A DNA stretch of 64,000 nt from an uncultured Erysipelotrichaceae bacterium (lineage in GTDB: Bacteria > Bacillota_I > Bacilli_A > RFN20 > CAG-826), in the NCBI GenBank assembly GCA_902797855.1, contig CADBUI010000001.1, positions 10,852 through 74,851 on the forward strand. Direction: 5' to 3'. The notes below the pieces were generated by a model. The model ran no database searches. It worked only from the letters and a program-made list of their open reading frames with translations, and was not told the origin of the DNA. The translations under genes and the position numbers were made by a program. Positions 38,760 to 48,793 of this stretch are shown one piece after another (the stretch's first letter is position 1; each line of letters starts with the position of its first letter).

Positions 38760-40056
38760 GTTTTTAGCGAGATTATTTTTTAAAGTAACTGCCTATCCAT
38801 CTTCATGGCTTGTTTTCCGTTACAAATATTATCACGAGAATAAAGCTAAGAAATCTTGGCCAATTAAAGGTGGAAGGATCGTTATTGCTAACCATACTTC
38901 CATCATGGATTTTTTCACGATTATATTCGCGACTTTATTTAAATATACACGCACACTTGTAAGCGAAGCACTTTATCGTCATAAACTCCTTGGCTGGATG
39001 TGCAATATGATGGGATGCATATTAGTGCACCGCGAAAGAAGTGATATGACATTCATGGGTGAAGCTGAAAAAGCTTTAAAAAAGAAACAAATTGTTTCAA
39101 TTTTCCCAGAAGGCCATTTAGTGAAAAGTGGTGATCTTGATTCTTTTAAACCTGCCGTTGTCTATTTAGCATTACGTACAGGAGCACCTATCGTGCCATG
39201 CTATATTGAGCCTCATTATCTAAAACTAAAAAGAACTAGAGTTATTTTTGGTGAAGAAATAAATATTCGAGATTATTGTGCTGAAAAGAATCCATCTCCA
39301 GAAAAGGTTAGAGAACTTTGTGAAATGCTTCGTAACAAAGTTAAAGCTTTAAAGCGTCAGATGGAACTATATAAAAAGATGCATACTTATGAGATATTTT
39401 CTCTTCATCATAAATTCCTTGATTTAGCAAGAATCACACTTAAGTGTGCGAACTGGTTAGTGTTCCCAGCTAAGCATCATTATTATAAGAATGCGACAAG
39501 AAAAGATAGAAGAATTATTGGTCGAGGAATCATTGCAAGCAAGCACTATTCTTTCTATGATCCACCTATTTTATATATGTCATATATGAATCGAAGACCA
39601 AGAATTATAGTTGCTGAAGAGCTTTGGCAATCTAATAACTGGTTATTTAATCACCTTTCAACAATTCAATATCGAAGAGTTAGTAATTCGATGGATCCGA
39701 GATGTTTCCTCGAAACCATCAACACTTTAAAGGCAAATGGAGTAGTAGGAATTTACCCAGAAGGACACCTCATCAAAGAGGGCCTTGGAGAGTTCCAAGA
39801 TGGCACTGCATATTTCTCGCTTATGACTAATTCTCCAATTCATCTATATTTGATGGCTAAACCATGGAAACCATTCCATTTCAATCATATTATGATTGGT
39901 GAGACCATTTATCCTGATAAATTATTCACCGCTGAAGAGATGAAAAATAAGGAGACAATTCATCGATACACCATGATAATTTATGATAGGATGAAAGAGC
40001 TATATGACGCGTCTCAAAAGTACGTCAAAAAAAGCAAAAAATCATCAAAAAAATAA
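38752..40056 (+). CDS. Tandem-domain lysophospholipid (PlsC-like) acyltransferase
   Basis: Two LPLAT modules. The first has ANHTSIMD (HX4D) plus FPEGH. The second has SKHYSFYD (HX4D) plus YPEGH. Overlaps queH by 8 nt. Confidence 0.75.
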   Translation: MLKFLARLFFKVTAYPSSWLVFRYKYYHENKAKKSWPIKGGRIVIANHTSIMDFFTIIFATLFKYTRTLVSEALYRHKLLGWMCNMMGCILVHRERSDMTFMGEAEKALKKKQIVSIFPEGHLVKSGDLDSFKPAVVYLALRTGAPIVPCYIEPHYLKLKRTRVIFGEEINIRDYCAEKNPSPEKVRELCEMLRNKVKALKRQMELYKKMHTYEIFSLHHKFLDLARITLKCANWLVFPAKHHYYKNATRKDRRIIGRGIIASKHYSFYDPPILYMSYMNRRPRIIVAEELWQSNNWLFNHLSTIQYRRVSNSMDPRCFLETINTLKANGVVGIYPEGHLIKEGLGEFQDGTAYFSLMTNSPIHLYLMAKPWKPFHFNHIMIGETIYPDKLFTAEEMKNKETIHRYTMIIYDRMKELYDASQKYVKKSKKSSKK

Positions 40057-40058
40057 CG

Positions 40059-40104
40059 AAAAATCACCTGAAATTTGGGCACAAAATTGGTGATTTTTTT
40101 GTTT
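40059..40104 (+). terminator. Rho-independent terminator
   Basis: Stem AAAAATCACC / GGTGATTTTT with a 20-nt loop, followed by a T-run. Confidence 0.7.
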
Positions 40105-40131
40105 TCTATTATTATCTTTTTAAAATTTTTC

Positions 40132-40160
40132 TTGCGTGATATGTAATATAAGCGTATATT
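40132..40160 (+). promoter_or_regulatory. Candidate S10-operon promoter (-35 TTGCGT, 17-nt spacer, -10 TATATT)
   Basis: TTGCGT at 40132-40137 and TATATT at 40155-40160, preceded by an AT-rich UP-like tract. This predicts a leader of about 120 nt before rpsJ. Confidence 0.5.
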
Positions 40161-40288
40161 TATACACGTTGTCATTCGCGTAGATTTGCGAGGTTGCTGA
40201 TACACCAACAGGCGTTGTCATGAAAGGGTGATCAGGGAATTCGCAAGGAGTGAATGCTAAAGCCTGAAAAACATTAGGAGGAAAATTC

Positions 40289-40600
40289 ATGGCAAAAGTA
40301 AAAAGCATTAGGGTTCGTCTCCAAGCTTATGATCACAAGATACTAGATGCTAGTGTCGCCAAGATCATTGCAGCGGCAGAGAAAACCGGGGCTGGTGTTG
40401 TTGGCCCAATTCCGCTACCAACGGAAAAACAAGTGTACACAATCTTACGTGCTGTCCATAAGTACAAAGATTCTCGTGAACAATTTGAAATCAGAACACA
40501 CAAAAGACTTATTGATATCACCAATCCAACAAAGGAAACAGTTGATGTCCTTAGAAGACTCGACTTACCAAGCGGAGTAGATATCGATATCAAGTTATAA
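40289..40600 (+). CDS. rpsJ: 30S ribosomal protein S10
   Basis: [20 protein letters not shown]. First gene of the S10 operon, with SD AGGAGG. Confidence 0.97.
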   Translation: MAKVKSIRVRLQAYDHKILDASVAKIIAAAEKTGAGVVGPIPLPTEKQVYTILRAVHKYKDSREQFEIRTHKRLIDITNPTKETVDVLRRLDLPSGVDIDIKL

Positions 40601-40614
40601 GGAGGTAAGACACG

Positions 40615-41304
40615 ATGAAAGAAATTCTCGGACGTAAAATGGGCATGACAGAAGTCTTCGCTCAAGACGGTAAGATGTATGCTGTCACCGTTATTGAAGT
40701 CTTACCAAACGTCGTAACACAAGTTAAGACAAAAGAAAAAGATGGTTATGACGCTCTTCAAGTCGGTATTGAAGAAAAGAAAGAATCCAAGGTTAACAAA
40801 GCTGAAAAAGGTCACTTTGCAAAAGCTGGTGTTAAAGCCCAAAAGATTCTTCGTGAACTTAAAGGTGATGAACTTAACTCATATAAAGTTGGTGATTCAC
40901 TAAAAGCCGATCTCTTCAAAGCTGGCGATGTCGTCGATGTCATCGGCACATCAAAAGGTCGTGGATACGCAGGCGTTATCAAACGTTGGGGTCACAAGAT
41001 TGGTCCAAAAGGACACGGATCTGGTTACCATAGAGGACAAGGTTCCTTCGCTAACAACGGTCGTAACAACGCACGTGTTATTCCAGGAAAGAAGATGTCA
41101 GGTCATCACGGTAATCTCTCTTCAACAATCCTTAACCAATTAGTTATCGAAACAAATGCTGAAAAGAATTACATCCTCGTGAGAGGTTCAGTTCCAGGCG
41201 CTAAAAGATCACTCGTGATTATTAGAAGCGCAATCAAGGAACAACTTGGCCAAGCTGAAAAGGTCTCTACATTAGTTGACTTATCAGCTGCGAAAGGAGA
41301 ATAA
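40615..41304 (+). CDS. rplC: 50S ribosomal protein L3
   Basis: MKEILGRKMGMTEVF..., GTSKGRGYAGVIKRWG. Operon order. Confidence 0.97.
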   Translation: MKEILGRKMGMTEVFAQDGKMYAVTVIEVLPNVVTQVKTKEKDGYDALQVGIEEKKESKVNKAEKGHFAKAGVKAQKILRELKGDELNSYKVGDSLKADLFKAGDVVDVIGTSKGRGYAGVIKRWGHKIGPKGHGSGYHRGQGSFANNGRNNARVIPGKKMSGHHGNLSSTILNQLVIETNAEKNYILVRGSVPGAKRSLVIIRSAIKEQLGQAEKVSTLVDLSAAKGE

Positions 41305-41306
41305 AA

Positions 41307-41945
41307 ATGGCTGAAAAGAAATTATCTGTCGCCGTTTATTCCCAAGCAGGCGAAAAATTATCAAGCGTTAATCTCAGCTCTGAAGTCTTCGGAGTTAAAG
41401 AGAACGAACAGGTTATGCATGATGCAGTTCTTGTCTATCAAGCAAACATGCGTCAAGACACAGCCAAAACCAAAAAGCGCGACGAAGTCAGCGGTGGTGG
41501 TAAAAAGCCATGGCGTCAAAAAGGCACAGGTCGTGCACGTGCTGGTAGCTCCCGCTCCCCAATCTGGGTCGGTGGTGGTACAGTCTTCGGACCAACCGGC
41601 GTTCAAAATCACAAGATTGCTCAAAACCGCAAGGAACATAAGCTCGCTATGAAGTGCGCTTACTCCGCAGTGGTCAAAAACGGTGGCTTAGTCTTAGTGG
41701 ACGGATTCAAATTCGATTCAATTAAAACCAAGTTAGTCGTTAAGATGCTCAAAGATCTTAAAGCTGAAGGAAAAGTTCTCATCGTTGTTAAGGATGTCGA
41801 TGAAAATCTCATTCTCTCAGCCCAAAACATTGCAAATGTTGTGGTCACAGCAGTCGATAATGTCTCAGTTTATGATCTTATGTATTTCGATAAGGTTGTC
41901 ATGGACAAAGACACAATCAAATTAGTTGAGGAGGCACTATTGTAA
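41307..41945 (+). CDS. rplD: 50S ribosomal protein L4
   Basis: GGGKKPWRQKGTGRARAGS motif. Operon order. Confidence 0.97.
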   Translation: MAEKKLSVAVYSQAGEKLSSVNLSSEVFGVKENEQVMHDAVLVYQANMRQDTAKTKKRDEVSGGGKKPWRQKGTGRARAGSSRSPIWVGGGTVFGPTGVQNHKIAQNRKEHKLAMKCAYSAVVKNGGLVLVDGFKFDSIKTKLVVKMLKDLKAEGKVLIVVKDVDENLILSAQNIANVVVTAVDNVSVYDLMYFDKVVMDKDTIKLVEEALL

Positions 41946-41946
41946 T

Positions 41947-42294
41947 ATGGCAAGAAAAGCAAAAGCTGCAGAAAACAAAGACAGCAAGAAATTATCTAAG
42001 GCCACAGTTCGTGATTATGATGTAATCATCGAACCAGTACTTACTGAAAAAACAATGGCCCTCATGCAAGAACAAAACAAAGTCACTGTGAAAGTGCTTG
42101 CCAAAGCAAACCGCGCTGAAGTCAAGAAAGCCTTCGAAAAAGTCTTCGGTGTTAAAGTCACAGGTGTAAACATTATTAAAGTTCGTGCAACAGAAACAAC
42201 TAGAGGTGGTCGCTATAAAGGCACCATCCCAGGATATAAGAAAGCGATCGTTACAGTAGCAGAAGGCGAAGCTCTCGATCTCTTCAAAGAATAA
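41947..42294 (+). CDS. rplW: 50S ribosomal protein L23, with a short basic N-terminal extension
   Basis: The core DYDVIIEPVLTEKTM... is preceded by MARKAKAAENKDSKKLSKATVR. The ATG at 41947 lies directly after the rplD stop. Confidence 0.93.
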   Translation: MARKAKAAENKDSKKLSKATVRDYDVIIEPVLTEKTMALMQEQNKVTVKVLAKANRAEVKKAFEKVFGVKVTGVNIIKVRATETTRGGRYKGTIPGYKKAIVTVAEGEALDLFKE

Positions 42295-42342
42295 CCGACA
42301 AAATCTAATTCATTGTCGAGTTAACAATATAGGAGGTTAAAA

Positions 42343-43176
42343 ATGTCAATTAGAACTTATAGACCGACATCGGCATCCCGCCGCAATATGACGAATCTAA
42401 CATTTGACGAAATCACCAAATCAACTCCTGAAAAAAGTTTAACAGTTAAACTTAGCAAGACTGGCGGTCGTAATAACCAAGGTGTTATCACAACACGTCA
42501 TATCGGTGGTGGTCATAAACGTCGTTATAGAATCGTCGACTTCAAACGTAATAAAGACGGAATTGTCGCAACGGTCAAAGCGGTTGAATATGATCCAAAC
42601 CGCAATGCTAACATCCTTCTCGTTGTCTACACAGATGGCGAAAAGAGATACATCCTTGCCCCTCAAGGGTTGAAAGTCGGAGACAAGATTGTCTCAGGCG
42701 AAAATGTGGATATCAAAACCGGTAATGCTCTTCCACTTAAGAACATTCCAGAAGGTACATTCATCCACAACGTCGAACTCTCTCCAAAGAAAGGCGGCCA
42801 AATGTGCCGTGCTGCTGGTACAAGCGCACAAATCCTTGGTAAAGAAGGAAAATACGTTATCCTTCGCTTAGCTTCTGGTGAAGTTCGTAAAGTTCTCGAA
42901 GAATGCCGTGCAACAATCGGTATCGTCGGAAACGAAGACTATAACTTAGTCAACAAAGGAAAAGCCGGAAAAACTAGATGGCTTGGTACAAGACCAACCG
43001 TCCGTGGTTCCGTTATGAACCCTAACGATCACCCACATGGTGGTGGTGAAGGTAAGTGTCCAGTCGGCCGTGATGCTCCACGTACCCCATGGGGTAAGAG
43101 AGCTCTTGGTGTTAAGACAAGACGCACTAAAAAGGCTTCTAGCAAATTAATCGTTAGAAGAATTAACGACAAATAA
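42343..43176 (+). CDS. rplB: 50S ribosomal protein L2
   Basis: [15 protein letters not shown] and [13 protein letters not shown]. Confidence 0.98.
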   Translation: MSIRTYRPTSASRRNMTNLTFDEITKSTPEKSLTVKLSKTGGRNNQGVITTRHIGGGHKRRYRIVDFKRNKDGIVATVKAVEYDPNRNANILLVVYTDGEKRYILAPQGLKVGDKIVSGENVDIKTGNALPLKNIPEGTFIHNVELSPKKGGQMCRAAGTSAQILGKEGKYVILRLASGEVRKVLEECRATIGIVGNEDYNLVNKGKAGKTRWLGTRPTVRGSVMNPNDHPHGGGEGKCPVGRDAPRTPWGKRALGVKTRRTKKASSKLIVRRINDK

Positions 43177-43197
43177 TAAGAAAGGAAATTGATAGAT

Positions 43198-43494
43198 ATG
43201 TCACGTAGTTTGAAAAAAGGCGCATTCTGTGATGCATACTTACTTAAAAAAGTCGACGCATTAAATGCTGCTAACAAAAAAGAAGTCATCAAGACTTGGT
43301 CACGTCGTTCAACAATTTACCCTTCATTTGTCGAACACACATTCGCTGTCTATAACGGACGCGAACACATTACTGTGTATGTCACTGAAGATATGGTCGG
43401 ACATAAACTCGGAGAGTTTGCTCCAACAAGAACCTTCAAAGGACACCACGGTAACAATGCAGAAGATAAAGCTGCAGCTGCAGCAAAGAAATAG
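43198..43494 (+). CDS. rpsS: 30S ribosomal protein S19, with a short Ala/Lys C-terminal tail
   Basis: [12 protein letters not shown]..., [27 protein letters not shown]. The tail is [13 protein letters not shown]. Confidence 0.96.
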   Translation: MSRSLKKGAFCDAYLLKKVDALNAANKKEVIKTWSRRSTIYPSFVEHTFAVYNGREHITVYVTEDMVGHKLGEFAPTRTFKGHHGNNAEDKAAAAAKK

Positions 43495-43506
43495 GAGGTA
43501 GATTCG

Positions 43507-44019
43507 ATGGCAGAAGAAAAGAAAGTCGCTGCTAAGAAACCAGCCGCTAAGAAAGCACCAGCCAAAAAGGCTCCTGCTAAAAAAGAAGTCGCTGATGTCG
43601 AAGTAGTGAAAGAAACAAAAGTCGAAGAAGCTCCAAAGAAAGCTTCTAAGAAAGCTGAAAAAGCTCCAGAACCAAAACCATTGGTTACCTCAGCACGTGC
43701 AGTTGCTTACGATGTCCGTGTGACACCACGTAAAGCGCGCTTAGTTATTGATTTAGTAAGAGGAAAAGACGTGAACGTCGCGCTCGGAATTCTTGCTAAC
43801 GTTAATAAAGCCGCTTCGCCAATTGTTGCTAAAGTCATCAAAAGCGCAGCCGCTAACGCAATTAACAACTTTGGAATGAGTGAAGAAAGCTTATACGTCG
43901 CTGAAATCTATGCTAACGACGGATTAAGAATGAAAAGATACCTTCCACGCGCTAAAGGCTCTGCAAGTGGTTTAGTAAAAAGAACATCCCACATTGTAGT
44001 TGTGGTGAAATCAAGATAA
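43507..44019 (+). CDS. rplV: 50S ribosomal protein L22, with an N-terminal Lys/Ala/Pro-rich extension of about 60 aa
   Basis: The core ARAVAYDVRVTPRKARLVIDLVRG is preceded by [26 protein letters not shown]... Confidence 0.95.
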   Translation: MAEEKKVAAKKPAAKKAPAKKAPAKKEVADVEVVKETKVEEAPKKASKKAEKAPEPKPLVTSARAVAYDVRVTPRKARLVIDLVRGKDVNVALGILANVNKAASPIVAKVIKSAAANAINNFGMSEESLYVAEIYANDGLRMKRYLPRAKGSASGLVKRTSHIVVVVKSR

Positions 44020-44034
44020 GGAGGAACGAAAGAA

Positions 44035-44715
44035 ATGGGTCAAAAAGTTAGTCCAGTAGGCATGCGTGTTGGCATCAACCGCGATTGGCATTCGCGTTGG
44101 TTCGCGTCTGATCAAGATTATGCTAAGTTCCTTCACGAAGATATTAAAGTTCGTAAATATCTTGAAAAAGAACTAAAAGACGCTCTTCTATCTCACGTTG
44201 AGATTGAAAGACGTAAAACCGCTAAAGGACACGATGTTGTAATTAAATTATTCGTTGCACGTCCAGGTGTCGTTATCGGTCAAGAAGGTGCAAATATCGA
44301 TAGACTTAAAAAAGTCGTCGCTAAAATGCTCAAAGGTAGCGAAGTTCGCCTTGATGTAGTGGAAGTCAAAAATCCTGACTTAGATGCTGCTCTTGTCGCT
44401 CAATCAATCGCTACTGAACTTGAAAATCGTGCATCATTTAGAACCGCTCAAAAGAAAGCTATCCAACGCGTTCGTAGAGCAGGCGCTAAAGGTGTCAGAA
44501 CTCTTGTCTCTGGCCGTTTAGGTGGTGCAGATATTGCTAGAAGCGAAGGTTATAAAGATGGAATCATCCCATTAACCACACTTAGAAGCAACATCGACTT
44601 CGCTATCAAAGAAGCCGTCACTCCTTATGGTAGATTAGGCGTTAAAGTCTGGATCTGTAAGGGTGAAGTCCTCAAAGATAGAAAAGAAGATGAAGCCGTG
44701 AAAGGAGATAGATAA
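44035..44715 (+). CDS. rpsC: 30S ribosomal protein S3
   Basis: [23 protein letters not shown]. Confidence 0.98.
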   Translation: MGQKVSPVGMRVGINRDWHSRWFASDQDYAKFLHEDIKVRKYLEKELKDALLSHVEIERRKTAKGHDVVIKLFVARPGVVIGQEGANIDRLKKVVAKMLKGSEVRLDVVEVKNPDLDAALVAQSIATELENRASFRTAQKKAIQRVRRAGAKGVRTLVSGRLGGADIARSEGYKDGIIPLTTLRSNIDFAIKEAVTPYGRLGVKVWICKGEVLKDRKEDEAVKGDR

Positions 44716-44717
44716 TT

Positions 44718-45134
44718 ATGCTACAACCAAAAAGAGTTAAATATCGTCGTCCACACGGTATCAAATACGAAGGCCTTTCCAAAGGTGGAAACGAAGTTTC
44801 CTTCGGTGAATTCGGTCTTCAAGCTGTAACAGGAGCGTGGGTTACCGCTCAACAAATCGAGGCCGCTCGTATTGTTCTCTCCCGTTACACCAAAAAGGAA
44901 GGAAAGGTTTATATCAGAATCTTCCCACACCTTGCAAAAACTAAAAAACCTGCTGAAGTCCGTATGGGTTCTGGTAAAGGTAATCCAGAATACTGGGTCG
45001 CAGTAGTTAAGACAAACAGAGTCATGTTCGAGATGGCTGGTGTTCCAGAAGCAGTCGCGCGTGAAGCCCTCCGCTTAGCATCATACAAACTCCCATGCCG
45101 CTGCAGAGTCATCGCAAAAAAGGAGGCTAAATAA
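44718..45134 (+). CDS. rplP: 50S ribosomal protein L16
   Basis: [14 protein letters not shown]..., [17 protein letters not shown]. Confidence 0.98.
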   Translation: MLQPKRVKYRRPHGIKYEGLSKGGNEVSFGEFGLQAVTGAWVTAQQIEAARIVLSRYTKKEGKVYIRIFPHLAKTKKPAEVRMGSGKGNPEYWVAVVKTNRVMFEMAGVPEAVAREALRLASYKLPCRCRVIAKKEAK

Positions 45135-45136
45135 TT

Positions 45137-45334
45137 ATGAAAGTTAAAGAATTCCGTGAATTAACTAACGAAGAACTTAATGAAAAGATTTACCTCCTCA
45201 AAGAAGAATTATTCAATCTTCGTCGTAAAAAAGCTGTCGGACAACTTGAACACGGTGAGGAAGTAAGAAGAGTTCGTAAAGACATCGCTCGCGCCTATAT
45301 GGTGCAACGCGAAAGAGAACTTGGCATTAAATAA
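45137..45334 (+). CDS. rpmC: 50S ribosomal protein L29
   Basis: MKVKEFRELTNEELNEKIYLLKEELFNLR. Confidence 0.96.
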   Translation: MKVKEFRELTNEELNEKIYLLKEELFNLRRKKAVGQLEHGEEVRRVRKDIARAYMVQRERELGIK

Positions 45335-45347
45335 GGAGGATTAGACC

Positions 45348-45827
45348 ATGGAAAGAAATAGAAGAACATCACTACAAGGCGTTGTCGTTTCTAACAAGAT
45401 GAGCAAAACAATTGTCGTCGAAGTCGAAACTCACAAGAAACATGCTAAGTACGCAAAGCGCGTTAAATATTCTAATAAGTACTACGCGCACGATGAGAAG
45501 AACGAAGCCAAAGTTGGTGATACAGTCACAATTATGGCTTGCCGTCCACTCTCTGCTACAAAAAGATGGAGACTTGTTTCTGTCGATAAAGTTGCTCAAG
45601 AAGACGTCAAAGTCGCTGAACAAGAATTAATGGCAGAAGAAAAGCTTGAAGAAGCTAAAGAAGAAGCCAAAGTCGAAGAAAAGAAAGTCGAAGTTAAAGT
45701 AGAAGAAAAAGCTGAAGAACCAGCCAAAGAAGAAAAAGCACCAGCTAAGAAAGCTGCTAGTAAAAAACCAGCCGCTAAGAAAGCTCCTGCTAAAAAAGCA
45801 CCAGCCAAAAAGGCTGAAGATAAATAA
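45348..45827 (+). CDS. rpsQ: 30S ribosomal protein S17, with a C-terminal Glu/Lys/Ala/Pro-rich extension of about 75 aa
   Basis: The core [24 protein letters not shown]...RWRLVSV is followed by [21 protein letters not shown]...[28 protein letters not shown]. Confidence 0.95.
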   Translation: MERNRRTSLQGVVVSNKMSKTIVVEVETHKKHAKYAKRVKYSNKYYAHDEKNEAKVGDTVTIMACRPLSATKRWRLVSVDKVAQEDVKVAEQELMAEEKLEEAKEEAKVEEKKVEVKVEEKAEEPAKEEKAPAKKAASKKPAAKKAPAKKAPAKKAEDK

Positions 45828-45838
45828 GGAGAAAGATT

Positions 45839-46213
45839 ATGATTCAAAATGAAACAAATCTTGTGGTTGCCGATAACTCAGGCGCTCGCTCCGTAAGAGT
45901 CTTCCGTCTTAAAGGTGGTAGCAACCGCAAATCAGTCAGCATCGGTGACATCGTTACCTGTGCTGTAAAAGATGCCATCCCAAATGGCCGTGTTAAAAAA
46001 TCAGATATCGTTAAAGGTGTCATCGTTCGCACCAAACACGCTATCAATAGACCAGATGGAACAACCATCGCATTCGATGATAACGCAGTCGTTCTTATCG
46101 ATAACGAAGGCGCTCCAATTGGAACACGTGTCTTTGGACCAGTGGCTCGTGAACTCCGTGATAAGGGTGAAGGTTATATGAAGATCGTCTCCCTTGCTGT
46201 GGAAGTTCTATAA
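45839..46213 (+). CDS. rplN: 50S ribosomal protein L14
   Basis: [19 protein letters not shown]. Confidence 0.98.
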   Translation: MIQNETNLVVADNSGARSVRVFRLKGGSNRKSVSIGDIVTCAVKDAIPNGRVKKSDIVKGVIVRTKHAINRPDGTTIAFDDNAVVLIDNEGAPIGTRVFGPVARELRDKGEGYMKIVSLAVEVL

Positions 46214-46227
46214 GGAGGAACGTAGTT

Positions 46228-46539
46228 ATGAAAATACTTAAAGGTGATAAAGTTGTCGTTATCGCTGGCAAAGACAAAGGCAAAACTGGCACAGTCCAAG
46301 CTGTCTATCCAAAAGTAGGCAAAGTCGTTGTCGAAGGCGTTAACGTCCATAAGAAACATAAAAAACCAACTCAACAAACTCCAGAAGGTAGTGTCCTTGA
46401 GATTTACGTTCCAATCGATATCAGCAATGTTGCAATTGTTGATCCAAAAACAAAGAAAGCTAGCCGTGTAGGTTACTCAGTTGATAAGAATGGTAAAAAA
46501 GTTCGTATCAGCAAAGCCAGCGGTAGCAAGCTAGACTAA
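46228..46539 (+). CDS. rplX: 50S ribosomal protein L24
   Basis: MKILKGDKVVVIAGKDKGKTGTV (KOW motif). Confidence 0.97.
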   Translation: MKILKGDKVVVIAGKDKGKTGTVQAVYPKVGKVVVEGVNVHKKHKKPTQQTPEGSVLEIYVPIDISNVAIVDPKTKKASRVGYSVDKNGKKVRISKASGSKLD

Positions 46540-46552
46540 GGAGGAAAAATAA

Positions 46553-47248
46553 ATGGCAGAAGAAAAGAAAGTCGCTGCTAAGAAAGCTCCAGCTAAAAAG
46601 GCACCAGCCAAAGAAGTAGAAGCAAAAGCAGCCCCAGTTAAAGAAGAAGCCGCTCCTAAGAAAGCTCCAGCTAAAAAAGTATCAAAGGGCAACAAAGTCC
46701 GCTCCGAATCCACAAGATTACTTGATAAATTCGAAAAAGACATTAGACCAGCCCTTATGGAAAAATTCCATTACACAAGTGTAATGCAAGTTCCACACCT
46801 CGAAAAAATTGTCATTAACATTGGTGTTGGCGAAGCTATCACAAATAGCAAATCTCTTGAAGAAGCTGTTAGTGAACTCGCAATCATCACTGGACAACAC
46901 CCTGTAACCACTAAAGCTAAAAAGTCCATCGCTAACTTCAAACTTCGTGAAGGACAAGCTATTGGCTGCAAGGTCACCCTCAGAGGCATCAGAATGTATG
47001 AATTCTTAGACAAACTTGTCTCAATTGCATTACCACGTGTCCGTGACTTCCGTGGTGTTTCTAAAAACGCTTTCGATGGTCATGGTAACTACACTCTCGG
47101 TGTCAAAGAACAACTCATCTTCCCAGAAATTGAATACGATAAGGTAAGCAAGATCCGTGGAATGGATATCGTAGTTGTTACAACGGCTCGCACCGATGAA
47201 GAAGCCTATAGTTTACTTGAACTCTTAGGTATGCCGTTTAAGAAATAA
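46553..47248 (+). CDS. rplE: 50S ribosomal protein L5, with an N-terminal Lys/Ala/Pro-rich extension of about 50 aa
   Basis: The core [20 protein letters not shown]...[10 protein letters not shown] is preceded by [42 protein letters not shown]. Confidence 0.95.
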   Translation: MAEEKKVAAKKAPAKKAPAKEVEAKAAPVKEEAAPKKAPAKKVSKGNKVRSESTRLLDKFEKDIRPALMEKFHYTSVMQVPHLEKIVINIGVGEAITNSKSLEEAVSELAIITGQHPVTTKAKKSIANFKLREGQAIGCKVTLRGIRMYEFLDKLVSIALPRVRDFRGVSKNAFDGHGNYTLGVKEQLIFPEIEYDKVSKIRGMDIVVVTTARTDEEAYSLLELLGMPFKK

Positions 47249-47261
47249 GGAGGACTAACAA

Positions 47262-47447
47262 ATGGCAAAAACCAGTATGAAGGTCAAACATGCAAGACCT
47301 AAAAAATTCAAAGTTAGAGAATATACTCGTTGCGAACGTTGTGGACGTCCTCACTCAGTTTATTCAAAATTCAAATTATGCCGTGTTTGCTTACGCGAAC
47401 TCGCCTATAAAGGTGAAATTCCAGGCATGAAGAAATCAAGTTGGTAA
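47262..47447 (+). CDS. rpsN: 30S ribosomal protein S14, type Z (zinc-binding, 61 aa)
   Basis: [20 protein letters not shown] (CxxC...CxxC). Confidence 0.96.
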   Translation: MAKTSMKVKHARPKKFKVREYTRCERCGRPHSVYSKFKLCRVCLRELAYKGEIPGMKKSSW

Positions 47448-47465
47448 TAAGGAGGAGTAAAAATT

Positions 47466-47858
47466 ATGATGACAGATCCAATTGCAGATATGCTCACAAG
47501 AATTCGTAATGCGAATGCTCTTCGTTATGCTAGTGTTTCTATGCCAAGCAGCAAAATGAAAGTTGAAATCGCTAAGATTCTTCTTGATGAAGGCTTTATA
47601 TCTGAATTTAAAGTTGAAGGAGATGCTAAGAAAGAACTTACTCTCTCCCTCAAATATGGAGTTAATGGTCAAAGAGTTATCTCTGGCTTAAAGAAAATCT
47701 CCAAACCAGGTCTCCGCGTTAACGTTAAAGCTGATAAGCTTCCACGTGTTCTCGGTGGTCTAGGTATCGCAATTATCTCTACAAGTAAAGGAGTCGTAAG
47801 TGACAAAACCGCTCGCGCATTAGGCGTCGGTGGTGAAGTACTCGCTTACGTTTGGTAA
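47466..47858 (+). CDS. rpsH: 30S ribosomal protein S8
   Basis: [16 protein letters not shown]. Confidence 0.98.
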   Translation: MMTDPIADMLTRIRNANALRYASVSMPSSKMKVEIAKILLDEGFISEFKVEGDAKKELTLSLKYGVNGQRVISGLKKISKPGLRVNVKADKLPRVLGGLGIAIISTSKGVVSDKTARALGVGGEVLAYVW

Positions 47859-47863
47859 TAATT

Positions 47864-48409
47864 ATGTCAAGAATTGGTTTAAAAGTTATCAAAGTCCCAA
47901 GTGGTGTCACTCTTGAACAAAGTGAAGGTAAGATGGTTATTAAAGGACCAAAGGGTACCTTAGAAGTTGTTATCCCATCTGTAATTAAAGTTGAAGTTAA
48001 AGATGGTGAAGTGAAATGTACTCGCGCAAACGAAGAAAAACACACCAAACAACTCCATGGTACAACACGCGCTAATTTAAATGATGCAATCATTGGTGTT
48101 ACCCAAGGATTCGTCAAAGAATTAGTGATCGTCGGTATCGGTTATCGTGCGGAAATGAGAGGCGCTAACATCGTTATGCACGTCGGATATTCTCACGAAA
48201 TCGTTATCAAACCAGAACCAACAGTTAAAATCAGCTGCAAATCCGCAACTGAAATCACCGTTGAAGGTGTTTCTAAACAAGCCGTTGGTCAAACTGCAGC
48301 CTTAATTCGCGGAACCCGTGAACCAGAACCATATAATGGTAAAGGTGTCATGTATAAGGGTGAACATATCATCCGTAAAGAAGGTAAACGCGCTGGCGCT
48401 AAGGCATAA
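47864..48409 (+). CDS. rplF: 50S ribosomal protein L6
   Basis: MSRIGLKVIKVPSGV. I prefer the ATG at 47864 to the upstream TTG at 47852. Confidence 0.96.
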   Translation: MSRIGLKVIKVPSGVTLEQSEGKMVIKGPKGTLEVVIPSVIKVEVKDGEVKCTRANEEKHTKQLHGTTRANLNDAIIGVTQGFVKELVIVGIGYRAEMRGANIVMHVGYSHEIVIKPEPTVKISCKSATEITVEGVSKQAVGQTAALIRGTREPEPYNGKGVMYKGEHIIRKEGKRAGAKA

Positions 48410-48422
48410 GGAGGATTTATAG

Positions 48423-48779
48423 ATGATTAATAAAGAATCAAAAAGCTCCGTCCGTGCTCGTAAGCACGCTCGTGTGAGAGAAAAAATTTCCGGAACTGCC
48501 GAATGCCCACGCTTAGTCGTGTTCCGCTCAAATAAAAACATTGAAGCTCAAGTTATCGATGATGTGAAAAGAGTTACCCTTGCTTCTGCAAGTAGCGTTG
48601 CTCTTAAACTCGAAAACGGCAGCAATGTTGAAGCCGCAAAACTTGTCGGTGCAGCTATTGCCAAAGAATGCAAAGCTAAAAAGATTTCTAAAGTGGTCTT
48701 CGATCGTGGTGGTTATTTATATCATGGTCGTGTCGCTGCTTTAGCGGAAGCTGCTCGTGAAGGCGGTCTTAAGTTCTAA
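48423..48779 (+). CDS. rplR: 50S ribosomal protein L18
   Basis: [34 protein letters not shown]. Confidence 0.97.
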   Translation: MINKESKSSVRARKHARVREKISGTAECPRLVVFRSNKNIEAQVIDDVKRVTLASASSVALKLENGSNVEAAKLVGAAIAKECKAKKISKVVFDRGGYLYHGRVAALAEAAREGGLKF

Positions 48780-48793
48780 AAAGGAGATTAATT

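Noticed and set aside
40014-40308. Two short minus-strand ORFs (40014-40208, 40120-40308) in the plsC-like/rpsJ intergenic region
   Set aside because: They span a terminator, the predicted S10 promoter and the rpsJ start. They have no SD and their composition is odd. The region is better explained as a terminator, a promoter and a leader.
43350-43565. Antisense ORFs rich in Ala/Phe/Leu opposite the L22, S17 and L5 extension regions (43350-43565, 45596-45847, 46531-46743, all minus strand)
   Set aside because: They are the reverse complement of GCT/AAG/AAA-rich Lys/Ala repeats, which are naturally stop-free on the opposite strand. They sit inside highly conserved r-protein genes and have no SD or promoter.
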